Shown here in pieces: positions 26,251-34,509 of a stretch of 62,684 nt of DNA. Below the pieces are notes generated by a model. That model did no database searches, was not told the origin of the DNA, and saw nothing but the letters and a program-made list of their open reading frames with translations. The translations under genes were made by a program, and so were the position numbers. The stretch is from positions 1 through 62,684 of the forward strand of contig CAZAKN010000006.1 in NCBI GenBank assembly GCA_964486065.1, written 5' to 3'. Within the stretch, counting starts at the first letter, position 1. The number at the start of each line of letters is the position of its first letter. The DNA comes from an uncultured Gammaproteobacteria bacterium. Lineage in GTDB: Bacteria; Patescibacteriota; Patescibacteriia; UBA11705; JABHMO01.

Positions 26251-28836
26251 ATGGAAGATAAAATAAGCATTAAAAACGCTCGCGAACACAATTTGAAAAA
26301 TATCAATCTGGAAATTCCCCGCAACAAAATGATCGCTTTTACCGGTTTATCCGGCTCGGGGAAATCCAGCTTGGCTTTTGATACCATTTTCGCAGAAGGG
26401 CAAAGAAGGTATATTGAAAGTTTGTCCGCTTACGCGCGACAATTTCTGGGTGGCATGAGCAAACCGGATGTTGATGAAATAACCGGCCTATCTCCCGCCA
26501 TTTCCATTGATCAAAAAGCGCATAGCGCCAATCCCCGCTCCACCGTAGCTACGATCACGGAAATTTATGATTACTTGCGCGTTTTGTTCGCGAAGATCGG
26601 CAAACCACATTGCCCGCTCTGCGACACACCATTAAATAAAATGACGGTTGATGAAATGTTGGATCAAATTATCGCCCATATTCCCAAAAGAAAAGCGAAC
26701 TCTAAAGAGCTATCAGCTTTGACGATAATGGCTCCGGTAGTCCGCGGTCGCAAAGGCGAATACTATCAAATGCTTTATGATATTTACAATTCGGGATATT
26801 CGGAAGCACGCATTGACGGTAAGATTAAAAAACTGAAAAATCGCGTTACCATCAATAAAAATAAAAAGCATACCATTGAAATTATTATTGATAAAATTTT
26901 AATAGTTGATGAAAAAGATTTAAAAAACAATAAAGGTTTTCGCCAAAGATTGTCCGAAGCCATTGAAACTGCCATTGATCTATCCAACGGACTTTGCACA
27001 GTAATTTATCCTGACGGCAATGAGAAAATTTTTAGCACAGAATATTCTTGCCTGAATGACGGTTTCAGTTTTCCGGAAATTGAACCAAGACTTTTCAGTT
27101 TTAACAGTCCTTACGGTTATTGCGAAGCTTGTACCGGGCTGGGCACAAAAGGTCTGTTCAGCACGGAAGATTGTCCCGTTTGCCAAGGTAAAAGATTGAA
27201 TGAAAAAGCACTGGCCGTAAAAATAAACAATAAAAATATTTGGCAAGTAACGGATTTCACCATTAAAGAAGCTTTAAATTTTTTCAATACTTTGAAAAAA
27301 AAACTAACCGCCAAAGAAATTGAAATAGCTTCCGTGGTTCACAAAGAAATCACGAATCGTTTGAACTTCATGAATAATGTCGGCTTGCATTATTTGAATT
27401 TGAATAGGCGCGCCGGCACGCTCTCCGGCGGTGAAGCCCAGCGTATGCGATTGGCTTCACAAGTCGGCACCCGACTTGTCGGCGCGCTGTATGTCTTGGA
27501 TGAACCGACCATCGGATTGCATCAAAAAGACAATGATCAACTGGTTAAAACTTTGCGTGATCTTTGCGATATCGGTAATACTATTATCGTGGTGGAACAT
27601 GATGAAGACACTGTTTTATCAACGGACTGGGTGGTGGATATCGGTCCGGGCGCGGGAAGACATGGCGGTGAAATAACTTATTCCGGACCGCTTGATCATT
27701 TATTGATTACGGGCAAGCAATTACCCGCGCGAGCGGACAAATGCCAAACGCAAGGTAGTCAAAAATGCCTAACCGGACAATATTTACGCCATGAAAAAAC
27801 CATTCCCCTACCCGACAAACGACGCGAGGTTAATCGCTCCACGCCCATGATTAAAATTCGTGGCGCGGCCGAACATAATTTAAAAAAAATTAATGTTGAT
27901 TTTCCGCTTAACCGTTTGATTTGTATCACTGGCGTTTCCGGCTCAGGAAAATCCACGCTGATGAACGATATTCTTTACCAAGGCGTTTTCAACAAACTGA
28001 ATCGCACGCGCAAACCCGTGGGAAAACATGAGAAAATCATGGGGCTTGAATATCTGAACAAAGTAATCAAAATTGACCAATCACCGATCGGCCGTTCACC
28101 TCGCTCTAATCCCACAACTTACACGGGAGCTTGGACGCATATTCGGGATATTTTTGCCGCTACCGCGGAGGCTCGCATAAGAGGCTATAACCCTGGTCGT
28201 TTCAGTTTTAACCGACCGGGCGGTCGTTGTGAACATTGTGAAGGACGCGGTTCTTTGGAAATTGAAATGCACTTCTTGCCCAGCGTGGAAGTAACTTGCG
28301 ATATTTGCCAAGGAAAAAGATTTAACAAAGAAACTTTGCAAGTATATTACAAAAAGAAAAATATTGCCGATGTGCTTAATATGACTATTGCCGAAGCCAA
28401 AGAATTTTTCCGCGACATTCCCGCCATTGCCGACAAGCTGGTTATTTTAAGCAAAGTCGGACTGGATTACCTGACTCTCGGTCAATCCGCCAAGACTCTA
28501 TCCGGCGGTGAAGCGCAAAGAATTAAATTGAGTAAAGAATTGGCAAAAAGAGGCACGGGAAAAACTTTGTACTTACTGGACGAACCAACCACCGGTCTGC
28601 ATTATGATGATGTGAAAAAACTTTTGGAAGTTTTGCGGATGTTGACCGAATCCGGCAATACCGTAGTTATAATTGAACATAATCTTGATGTAATTAAATG
28701 TGCTGACTGGCTGATTGACCTTGGCCCCGAAGGAGGCGACCAAGGTGGTGAGTTGATCAAAGCCGGCTCTCCCGAAGATATCGCTCGTTACGCGTTCAGC
28801 CATACCGGCAAATATTTGAAAAAATATCTAAAATAA
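26251..28836 (+). CDS. uvrA: excinuclease ABC subunit A (short form lacking the insertion domain)
   Basis: 861 aa. Two ABC ATPase modules (GLSGSGKSS, GVSGSGKST, LSGGEAQR twice) and zinc modules. Only 8 aa separate CEACTGLG from CPVCQG. Confidence 0.97.
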   Translation: MEDKISIKNAREHNLKNINLEIPRNKMIAFTGLSGSGKSSLAFDTIFAEGQRRYIESLSAYARQFLGGMSKPDVDEITGLSPAISIDQKAHSANPRSTVATITEIYDYLRVLFAKIGKPHCPLCDTPLNKMTVDEMLDQIIAHIPKRKANSKELSALTIMAPVVRGRKGEYYQMLYDIYNSGYSEARIDGKIKKLKNRVTINKNKKHTIEIIIDKILIVDEKDLKNNKGFRQRLSEAIETAIDLSNGLCTVIYPDGNEKIFSTEYSCLNDGFSFPEIEPRLFSFNSPYGYCEACTGLGTKGLFSTEDCPVCQGKRLNEKALAVKINNKNIWQVTDFTIKEALNFFNTLKKKLTAKEIEIASVVHKEITNRLNFMNNVGLHYLNLNRRAGTLSGGEAQRMRLASQVGTRLVGALYVLDEPTIGLHQKDNDQLVKTLRDLCDIGNTIIVVEHDEDTVLSTDWVVDIGPGAGRHGGEITYSGPLDHLLITGKQLPARADKCQTQGSQKCLTGQYLRHEKTIPLPDKRREVNRSTPMIKIRGAAEHNLKKINVDFPLNRLICITGVSGSGKSTLMNDILYQGVFNKLNRTRKPVGKHEKIMGLEYLNKVIKIDQSPIGRSPRSNPTTYTGAWTHIRDIFAATAEARIRGYNPGRFSFNRPGGRCEHCEGRGSLEIEMHFLPSVEVTCDICQGKRFNKETLQVYYKKKNIADVLNMTIAEAKEFFRDIPAIADKLVILSKVGLDYLTLGQSAKTLSGGEAQRIKLSKELAKRGTGKTLYLLDEPTTGLHYDDVKKLLEVLRMLTESGNTVVIIEHNLDVIKCADWLIDLGPEGGDQGGELIKAGSPEDIARYAFSHTGKYLKKYLK

Positions 28837-28849
28837 CTTCTCAAAAAAA

Positions 28850-28897
28850 CGCCCCTTCATTATTTGTGAATAAATAATCTGAGCGGGGCGTTTTTTT
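28850..28897 (+). terminator. Rho-independent terminator after uvrA
   Basis: CGCCCC/GGGGCG outer stem with ATTATTT/AAATAAT inner stem, then T7. Confidence 0.7.
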
Positions 28898-28937
28898 GTT
28901 TAATTTTAAATAAATAACAATTATCTAATATTTAATA

Positions 28938-29300
28938 ATGAGAAATTATTTGTACTTATCTAAAATCACCACTCAACAGAAAGACTCAGCTATGAATAAC
29001 ATACGGAAAAATAATGCTTTGGTAATTTTGGGGAAAATCATCAAGAAAGCAAAAAGTAGAAGATGTAAAAATACAGTAGTCAAAATAAGTCACTACTTCA
29101 AGTCGCCTTTAAAGACAAAGACCAACATCTATTCGTGCCCTTGAAAAACGATGCAAGCAAGTCTTTTAAAGAAAATTTGTTGCAATGTCTCCATATCATT
29201 GATGAAACAATAACTATTCAATGGAATATGGATTTAATCCTAGCCGATATCAAATTACGACAGCTGGGGGAAGAGATTATTATCTATATTGCCATCCATT
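28938..29300 (+). pseudogene. possible frameshifted small gene (two overlapping ORFs in different frames)
   Basis: ORF 28938-29144 overlaps a second open frame at 29069-29300 that has no ATG. The overlap contains A-runs. A strong terminator follows at 29315. Confidence 0.25.
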
Positions 29301-29314
29301 AGCCTAACACTTTC

Positions 29315-29345
29315 GGAGGAAACCAACATTGGTTTCCTCCTTTTT
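29315..29345 (+). terminator. Rho-independent terminator
   Basis: 10-bp stem GGAGGAAACC/GGTTTCCTCC followed by T5. Confidence 0.8.
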
Positions 29346-29413
29346 GTTTATTTGACTGGAAAATTTTTTTGCCATATAATCAGATCACCAATAACTTTAC
29401 CGGAGGTAAGCAG

Positions 29414-29707
29414 ATGTCCTATGAAAAATTTTTAAAAGAACAGCAAAAATATCTTCCAAAATTACGCAAACCAATCAACTTGATTGGCAAAATATTGTAT
29501 TTTGAACCTTTTAACGAATATGATGCCTCATTCATGGCTCAAATCAGCGGAGTTGAAATCCGAGACGGACAATTATTCTTTGATTTAACCAAGCGAAAAT
29601 ATAAAGGGCAAGAATTACACTACATCCGAGTGGGTTCCGAATTTGTCTTACACTATGGCTCAAACGCCACCATGCAATTAGAAGGTGATATAAAAATAAC
29701 AGACTGA
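29414..29707 (+). CDS. hypothetical protein
   Basis: 97 aa from the ATG at 29414, preceded by GGAGG (7-nt spacing). The ORF track starts at 29369. Confidence 0.65.
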   Translation: MSYEKFLKEQQKYLPKLRKPINLIGKILYFEPFNEYDASFMAQISGVEIRDGQLFFDLTKRKYKGQELHYIRVGSEFVLHYGSNATMQLEGDIKITD

Positions 29708-29715
29708 ATAATTTG

Positions 29716-29750
29716 GCGGAGTATCTGTTTCAACAACACTCCGCTTTTTT
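29716..29750 (+). terminator. Rho-independent terminator
   Basis: Stem GCGGAGT/ACTCCGC followed by T6. Confidence 0.8.
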
Positions 29751-29755
29751 ATTAC

Positions 29756-29783
29756 TTGAATTATTTATCAACTCAATTACAAT
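29756..29783 (+). promoter_or_regulatory. putative promoter of uvrC (leaderless configuration)
   Basis: TTGAAT-16 nt-TACAAT. The uvrC ATG begins 7 nt after the -10 hexamer. Confidence 0.55.
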
Positions 29784-29789
29784 ATCCAT

Positions 29790-31028
29790 ATGAACATAAC
29801 AACCCTAAAAAAACAATTATCTCAATTACCTGATAATCCGGGTATATATTTTTTTTATGATGAAAAAAACAGGTTGATTTATGTCGGCAAAGCAGTTTCC
29901 CTGAAATCCAGAGTTCGCAGTTATTTTTCCGGTAAAAAAAATCCGCGTCCGATTGAAGAAATGATAGGTCAAGTTGCTCGCATTAAATATTCCATCGCTG
30001 ATTCCGCGCTTGAGGCCGCCATTTTGGAAGCACTGACCATTAAAGAAAAAATGCCAAAATACAATGCATTGGGGAAAGATGATAAATCATGGAATTATTT
30101 AACGCTGAGCAAAGATGAATATCCGCTAATAAAAACTTTGCGCCAACATGAATACAAGCGTTTAACCGAAAAACAGTTAAAACAAAAATATTATAAAGTC
30201 TTCGGCCCGTTCCCAGGGATCAAAACCAAAGAATTGATTAAAGTCTTGCAAAAATTATTTAGCTTTTGCGTCTGCAAGCCGGGCGCGAAATCATGTCTTT
30301 ATGAACAAATGCATTATTGTCTGGGAGCTCATATGAACAAAATCACTCCACGAGAATATAAAGACAAAGTAATCAATCCTTTGATTCGCTTTTTAAACGG
30401 CCGCAAAAAGGGGTTACTTAAATCTTTGTCAATCAAAATGAGACAAACCGCCAAAGCACAAAACTTTGAAGAAGCCGGACGGCTTCGCAATCAAATTGAT
30501 AATTTACGAAAAATTCAAGATGTTACCTTGCTGAGTGAAGCATTCGTGAAACACGCTTTTGGCAATGAAAAAACTATCCGCTTGGAAGCTTATGATATTT
30601 CAAATTTGGGAGCTTCCGGAAAAGTCGGTAGCTTGGTGGTTTTTGATGAAAACGGACCCCTGAAACAATACTATCGACGTTTTAAAATCAAAACCGTTTC
30701 CGGACAAAGTGATGTTGATTGTTTGAAAGAAGTGCTGAGACGACGCCTGAAACATGATGAATGGCAACTACCTGATCTGTTTTTGATAGATGGCGGTAAA
30801 CCACAAGTTAACTCCACTCGTCAAATACTTGCCGAATATCAACTTCCCACTCCCGTAGCTGGCATCGCCAAAGGTAAAAATCGCAAAAACAATGATTTAA
30901 TGATTATCGGAGCTGATGCTGATTTGAAAAAGTGGATTAATGAACATATATCCTTGCTGATTCAAGCTCGCGATGAAGCGCATCGTTTTGCCATTGATTA
31001 TCAACGCAAACTAAGAAAACTCAAATGA
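29790..31028 (+). CDS. uvrC: excinuclease ABC subunit C (short form lacking C-terminal HhH domain)
   Basis: 412 aa. GIY-YIG N-domain (GIYFFYDEKNRLIYVGKA), UVR motif (FEEAGRLRNQIDNL), RNase H-like endonuclease domain. The protein ends right after that domain. Confidence 0.9.
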   Translation: MNITTLKKQLSQLPDNPGIYFFYDEKNRLIYVGKAVSLKSRVRSYFSGKKNPRPIEEMIGQVARIKYSIADSALEAAILEALTIKEKMPKYNALGKDDKSWNYLTLSKDEYPLIKTLRQHEYKRLTEKQLKQKYYKVFGPFPGIKTKELIKVLQKLFSFCVCKPGAKSCLYEQMHYCLGAHMNKITPREYKDKVINPLIRFLNGRKKGLLKSLSIKMRQTAKAQNFEEAGRLRNQIDNLRKIQDVTLLSEAFVKHAFGNEKTIRLEAYDISNLGASGKVGSLVVFDENGPLKQYYRRFKIKTVSGQSDVDCLKEVLRRRLKHDEWQLPDLFLIDGGKPQVNSTRQILAEYQLPTPVAGIAKGKNRKNNDLMIIGADADLKKWINEHISLLIQARDEAHRFAIDYQRKLRKLK

Positions 31029-31061
31029 TTTGATGAAAATATTATTTAAACTTAATCGGGC

Positions 31062-31090
31062 TTGACCGCCCTTTTTTTATTTAGTATTAT
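31062..31090 (+). promoter_or_regulatory. putative promoter of the fur-prx-dfx operon
   Basis: TTGACC-17 nt-TATTAT. Confidence 0.65.
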
Positions 31091-31095
31091 AAAAG

Positions 31096-31110
31096 TAGTA
31101 ATGATTACTA
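31096..31110. promoter_or_regulatory. putative Fur/PerR-family operator
   Basis: Perfect 7-1-7 palindrome TAGTAAT-G-ATTACTA, 5 nt downstream of the -10 hexamer. Confidence 0.55.
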
Positions 31111-31119
31111 TTTTTAAAT

Positions 31120-31542
31120 ATGACAAAACCGACCATAAAACAACTCCAGAATGAACTCAAACAAACGGGCCATCGTTTATCCTTACCGCGTGTTTACATT
31201 TTGCAATATTTAAGAAACACACTTAGTCATCCCCCCGCGGAAGCGGTTTACGAACATGTGAAAAAAAATTTGCCGAATATAAGTTTGGGGACGATCTATC
31301 GCAATTTAAATCAAATGACGGAAACGGGGTTGGTGCGCGCGATACACGGGACTGACGGCAAAACGCATTATGATGGCGATACCGGTTTTCATTTACATTT
31401 CAAATGTAAAAATTGTAAACGCATTTTTGATGTTTTTCATAAAAATAATTTTTACCATAAAGACCTGGCCAAACATGGCGAAATCCATTGTTTGGAAGCC
31501 ACGGCAACAGGCATTTGCCGAAATTGCCAAAATAAGAAATAA
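31120..31542 (+). CDS. Fur-family transcriptional regulator (PerR-like by context)
   Basis: 140 aa. Winged-helix N-domain, HxH and two CxxC motifs (CKNCKR, CRNCQ). Confidence 0.9.
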   Translation: MTKPTIKQLQNELKQTGHRLSLPRVYILQYLRNTLSHPPAEAVYEHVKKNLPNISLGTIYRNLNQMTETGLVRAIHGTDGKTHYDGDTGFHLHFKCKNCKRIFDVFHKNNFYHKDLAKHGEIHCLEATATGICRNCQNKK

Positions 31543-31553
31543 TGTGAATATGT

Positions 31554-32141
31554 ATGGACAATCAAAATCAAGATTATCGGCCTTTAATCGGCCAAAAACT
31601 ACCGAACATGGAATTGGAAATATTTCATGATAATGAATTTAAAAAAATCAATTTATCTGATTATCGCGGTAAATGGCTGATTCTATTCTTTTATCCCGCG
31701 GACTTTACTTTCGTCTGCCCCACGGAATTGAAAGATTTAAACGCTCATTATAATGAAATCAAAGAGCAAGGAGCTGAAGTTATAAGCGTCAGCACGGACA
31801 CGGTTTTCGTGCACAAGGCTTGGTATGATAATTCCGAAGCCATCAAGGGCGTGCAATTCCCCATGGCCGCCGATCCAACCGGAAAACTCTGTCGTTTACT
31901 GGAAACTTATTTGCCGGATGAAGGCGTTTCATTGCGAGGAACTTTTCTGATTAACCCGGATGGTGAAGTCAAAGCCATGGAAATTCATGATAACAGCATC
32001 GGCCGTAGTGGTGCGGAATTGGTCAGAAAACTGCAAGCCGCCAAATTCACCGCAGAACACGGAGATCAAGTCTGCCCCGCCAATTGGCGTCCCGGTGAAG
32101 ACACTTTAAAACCGGGCTTGGACATGGTAGGAAAAATTTAA
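31554..32141 (+). CDS. 2-Cys peroxiredoxin (AhpC/Prx1 family)
   Basis: FYPADFTFVCPTEL peroxidatic Cys motif. Resolving Cys in GDQVCPANW. Confidence 0.92.
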   Translation: MDNQNQDYRPLIGQKLPNMELEIFHDNEFKKINLSDYRGKWLILFFYPADFTFVCPTELKDLNAHYNEIKEQGAEVISVSTDTVFVHKAWYDNSEAIKGVQFPMAADPTGKLCRLLETYLPDEGVSLRGTFLINPDGEVKAMEIHDNSIGRSGAELVRKLQAAKFTAEHGDQVCPANWRPGEDTLKPGLDMVGKI

Positions 32142-32162
32142 TTTATAAATAACAAATTATCT

Positions 32163-32540
32163 ATGAATGAAAGAAAACAAATTTACAAATGTAATGTTTG
32201 CGGGAATATCGTGGAAATGCTTCACGCCGGCAAAGGTGAATTGATTTGTTGTGGACAGCCCATGGAATTAAAAAAAGAATTGTCAGGAGATGAAGGCACG
32301 GAAAAACATACTCCGGTTATTGAAAAAACAGACAAAGGCATTTTGGTAAAAATCGGTTCCGTACCTCATCCCATGGAACCAGAACACTGGATTGAATGGA
32401 TTGAACTTAACGCCGATTGTCGCTCCTATAAAAAATTTTTGGAGCCGTCCGATGAACCACAAGCTCTTTTTGAAATAGAAGGACAAGATTTGTCCGCTCG
32501 GGCTTACTGCAATGTCCATTACCTATGGAGAAATGAATAA
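32163..32540 (+). CDS. dfx: desulfoferrodoxin (2Fe superoxide reductase)
   Basis: N-terminal desulforedoxin-like CNVCGN...CCG. EKHTPVIE and a C-terminal CNVHYLW centre II motif. Confidence 0.9.
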   Translation: MNERKQIYKCNVCGNIVEMLHAGKGELICCGQPMELKKELSGDEGTEKHTPVIEKTDKGILVKIGSVPHPMEPEHWIEWIELNADCRSYKKFLEPSDEPQALFEIEGQDLSARAYCNVHYLWRNE

Positions 32541-32556
32541 TATCAAAGCAGTAAAA

Positions 32557-32583
32557 CGCCCCCTTCGGGGGGCGTTTTTTTAT
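32557..32583 (+). terminator. Rho-independent terminator
   Basis: CGCCCCC-TTCG-GGGGGCG followed by T9. Confidence 0.9.
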
Positions 32584-32596
32584 CCACAAATATTCT

Positions 32597-32625
32597 TTGA
32601 CACAACATCTTTTGCATATTACAAT
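32597..32625 (+). promoter_or_regulatory. putative promoter of the second fur-family gene
   Basis: TTGACA-17 nt-TACAAT. Confidence 0.65.
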
Positions 32626-32627
32626 AT

Positions 32628-32642
32628 TAGTAATGATTTGCA
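32628..32642. promoter_or_regulatory. putative Fur/PerR-family operator (imperfect copy)
   Basis: TAGTAATGATTTGCA shares its first 11 nt with the 31096 palindrome. Lies 2 nt after the -10 hexamer. Confidence 0.45.
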
Positions 32643-32661
32643 ATAATTAAGATAAACGCAA

Positions 32662-33084
32662 ATGATTATCAATAACTATCAAGCCTTTAAACTCAAGCAA
32701 GAGCTGAATAAAGATGGCAATCGCTTAACTCGGCAAAGATTTTTAATATTGAAATATTTGCGTGGCAATAAAAATCATCCCACCGCCGAGCAAGTGCATA
32801 AACATATAAAAAAATCTTTACCCGAAATCAGTTTGGCCACGATATATCGTAATCTGCAATATCTTTTGAAACAAAAACAAATATTCACCATTAAGACTTT
32901 TGATGATAAAACTCATTTTGACGGAGAAAACATTTTTCACATGCATTTTATCTGTGAAAACTGTCACACCATAAAAAACATTTACAATATTGATGAATAT
33001 AGTTTTAAACAAGTAAAAAAATTTGGTATGGCCGGCAAAACCACGTTAAACCTATACGGGTTTTGCAATAAGTGCCAAAGTTAA
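32662..33084 (+). CDS. Fur-family transcriptional regulator (second paralog)
   Basis: 140 aa, collinear with the 31120 paralog (ATIYRNL, HFDG, CENCH, CNKCQ). Confidence 0.9.
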   Translation: MIINNYQAFKLKQELNKDGNRLTRQRFLILKYLRGNKNHPTAEQVHKHIKKSLPEISLATIYRNLQYLLKQKQIFTIKTFDDKTHFDGENIFHMHFICENCHTIKNIYNIDEYSFKQVKKFGMAGKTTLNLYGFCNKCQS

Positions 33085-33160
33085 ATATGTTATTCGGTGC
33101 CTCTCATAATTAGCTCTTTCACCACACACAGTGCCGAATAATTTTCCCAAATTAACGAAA

Positions 33161-33188
33161 ACAGCTCCGCTTTTGCGGAGCTGTTTTC
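33161..33188 (+). terminator. Rho-independent terminator
   Basis: 10-bp stem ACAGCTCCGC/GCGGAGCTGT with TTTT loop, then T4. Confidence 0.85.
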
Positions 33189-33289
33189 ATTGCCTGAATA
33201 ATAAGTTATACTTAACTTGAATCGCGGATGATTGATCGCGGATAGCAGAGTACGCAACATACCCAGTAATCTGTAAATTTTGACCAAAT

Positions 33290-34477
33290 ATGATTCCATT
33301 AGCTGAAAAAATGCGCCCTGAAAAACTCGGGCAATTCTTGGGCCAGCCGGAGATTGTCGGCAAGGACTCTTTTCTGGTTGAAGCGATTAAACGAGATCAA
33401 CTCCCCTCTCTGATTTTCTGGGGTCCCCCAGGAACGGGAAAAACAACGCTGGCCAATATCATTGCTCACGAAACAAAGTCCAAATTCATCAAACTGTCAG
33501 CTGTTTCCAGCGGTAAAAAAGATTTGATGAGCATTATTAATGATGCCAAAGCAAACCAAAGATTAGGGCAAAAAACAATTGTTTTTATTGATGAAATCCA
33601 TCGTTGGAATAAAGCTCAACAAGATACATTATTACCGTTTATTGAAAATGGAACCATTGTTTTAATCGGTGCCACCACGGAAAATCCCAGTTTTGAAATA
33701 AACTCCGCGCTCATGTCTCGCTGTCGGGTTCTGGTTTTAAAAGAATTAGATGAAAAATCTTTGATTAAAATTGTTGAAAACGCGATAAAAGACACAGAAC
33801 ATGGACTGGGAAAATTAAACTTAAAAATTGACAATACAACGATCAAAACCATCGCCCGATTGTCCAATGGTGACGCGCGCGGAGCTTTAAATATTCTGGA
33901 AACTTGCGCCGGACAGAATAGCAAAACCACGGTAAATTTGGTTAAGCAAGTAGTTCAGAAAAGTAATCTGCTTTATGATAAAAACGGCGAAGAGCATTAC
34001 AATATTATTTCCGCACTTCATAAATCATTGCGAGGTGGCGACGCTGACGCGGGGTTATACTGGTTGGTTAGAATGCTGGCCGGTGGCGAAGATCCCTTGT
34101 ATATCGCCAGAAGACTATTGCGTTTCGCTTCCGAAGATGTAGGACTGGCGGATAATTACGCGGTGGTGTTGGCTAACGCGGTTTTTGAATCTTGTCATAA
34201 AATAGGTCTACCCGAATGCAAAGTGCATTTGGCTCAATTGGTTATATATTTGGCAAAAACGAAAAAAAGCATCTCTGCTTATGAAGCCTTAAGTCGCGCG
34301 GAAAAAGATATGGAAACGCATGGCAATCTGCCCGTGCCTTTGCATCTTCGCAACGCGCCGACCAAATTAATGAAAGACCTCAGTTATGGAAAAAATTATA
34401 AATACACTCCCCATCAAGATAGCTCAGAACAGCAATATTTGCCGGATAAATTAAAAAAGGAAAAATACTATAAATAA
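33290..34477 (+). CDS. rarA: replication-associated recombination protein A (AAA+ ATPase)
   Basis: PLAEKMRPEKL, GPPGTGKTT, VFIDEIHRWNK, and a MgsA C-terminal domain (LHKSLRGGDADAGLYWL). Confidence 0.93.
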   Translation: MIPLAEKMRPEKLGQFLGQPEIVGKDSFLVEAIKRDQLPSLIFWGPPGTGKTTLANIIAHETKSKFIKLSAVSSGKKDLMSIINDAKANQRLGQKTIVFIDEIHRWNKAQQDTLLPFIENGTIVLIGATTENPSFEINSALMSRCRVLVLKELDEKSLIKIVENAIKDTEHGLGKLNLKIDNTTIKTIARLSNGDARGALNILETCAGQNSKTTVNLVKQVVQKSNLLYDKNGEEHYNIISALHKSLRGGDADAGLYWLVRMLAGGEDPLYIARRLLRFASEDVGLADNYAVVLANAVFESCHKIGLPECKVHLAQLVIYLAKTKKSISAYEALSRAEKDMETHGNLPVPLHLRNAPTKLMKDLSYGKNYKYTPHQDSSEQQYLPDKLKKEKYYK

Positions 34478-34481
34478 AAAA

Positions 34482-34502
34482 GCCCCGTCATTATGACGGG
34501 GC
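34482..34502. terminator. hairpin terminator between convergent genes
   Basis: 9-bp stem GCCCCGTCA/TGACGGGGC. T-run on the minus side, weaker on the plus side. Confidence 0.7.
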
Positions 34503-34509
34503 GAATTGT

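Noticed and set aside
21999-29750. Calling the accessory blocks between the uvr genes mobile elements or prophage remnants
   Set aside because: No integrase, transposase, terminal inverted repeats or flanking direct repeats could be found by eye. Only compositional and SD-usage differences support a foreign origin, so they are reported as islands, not mobile elements.
33090-33299. 69-aa minus-strand ORF between the second fur paralog and rarA
   Set aside because: It covers a plus-strand terminator and the rarA promoter region. It has no SD and no recognisable product. The direct repeat ATCGCGGAT (33231-33239 and 33245-33253) was noted here, but no function can be supported.
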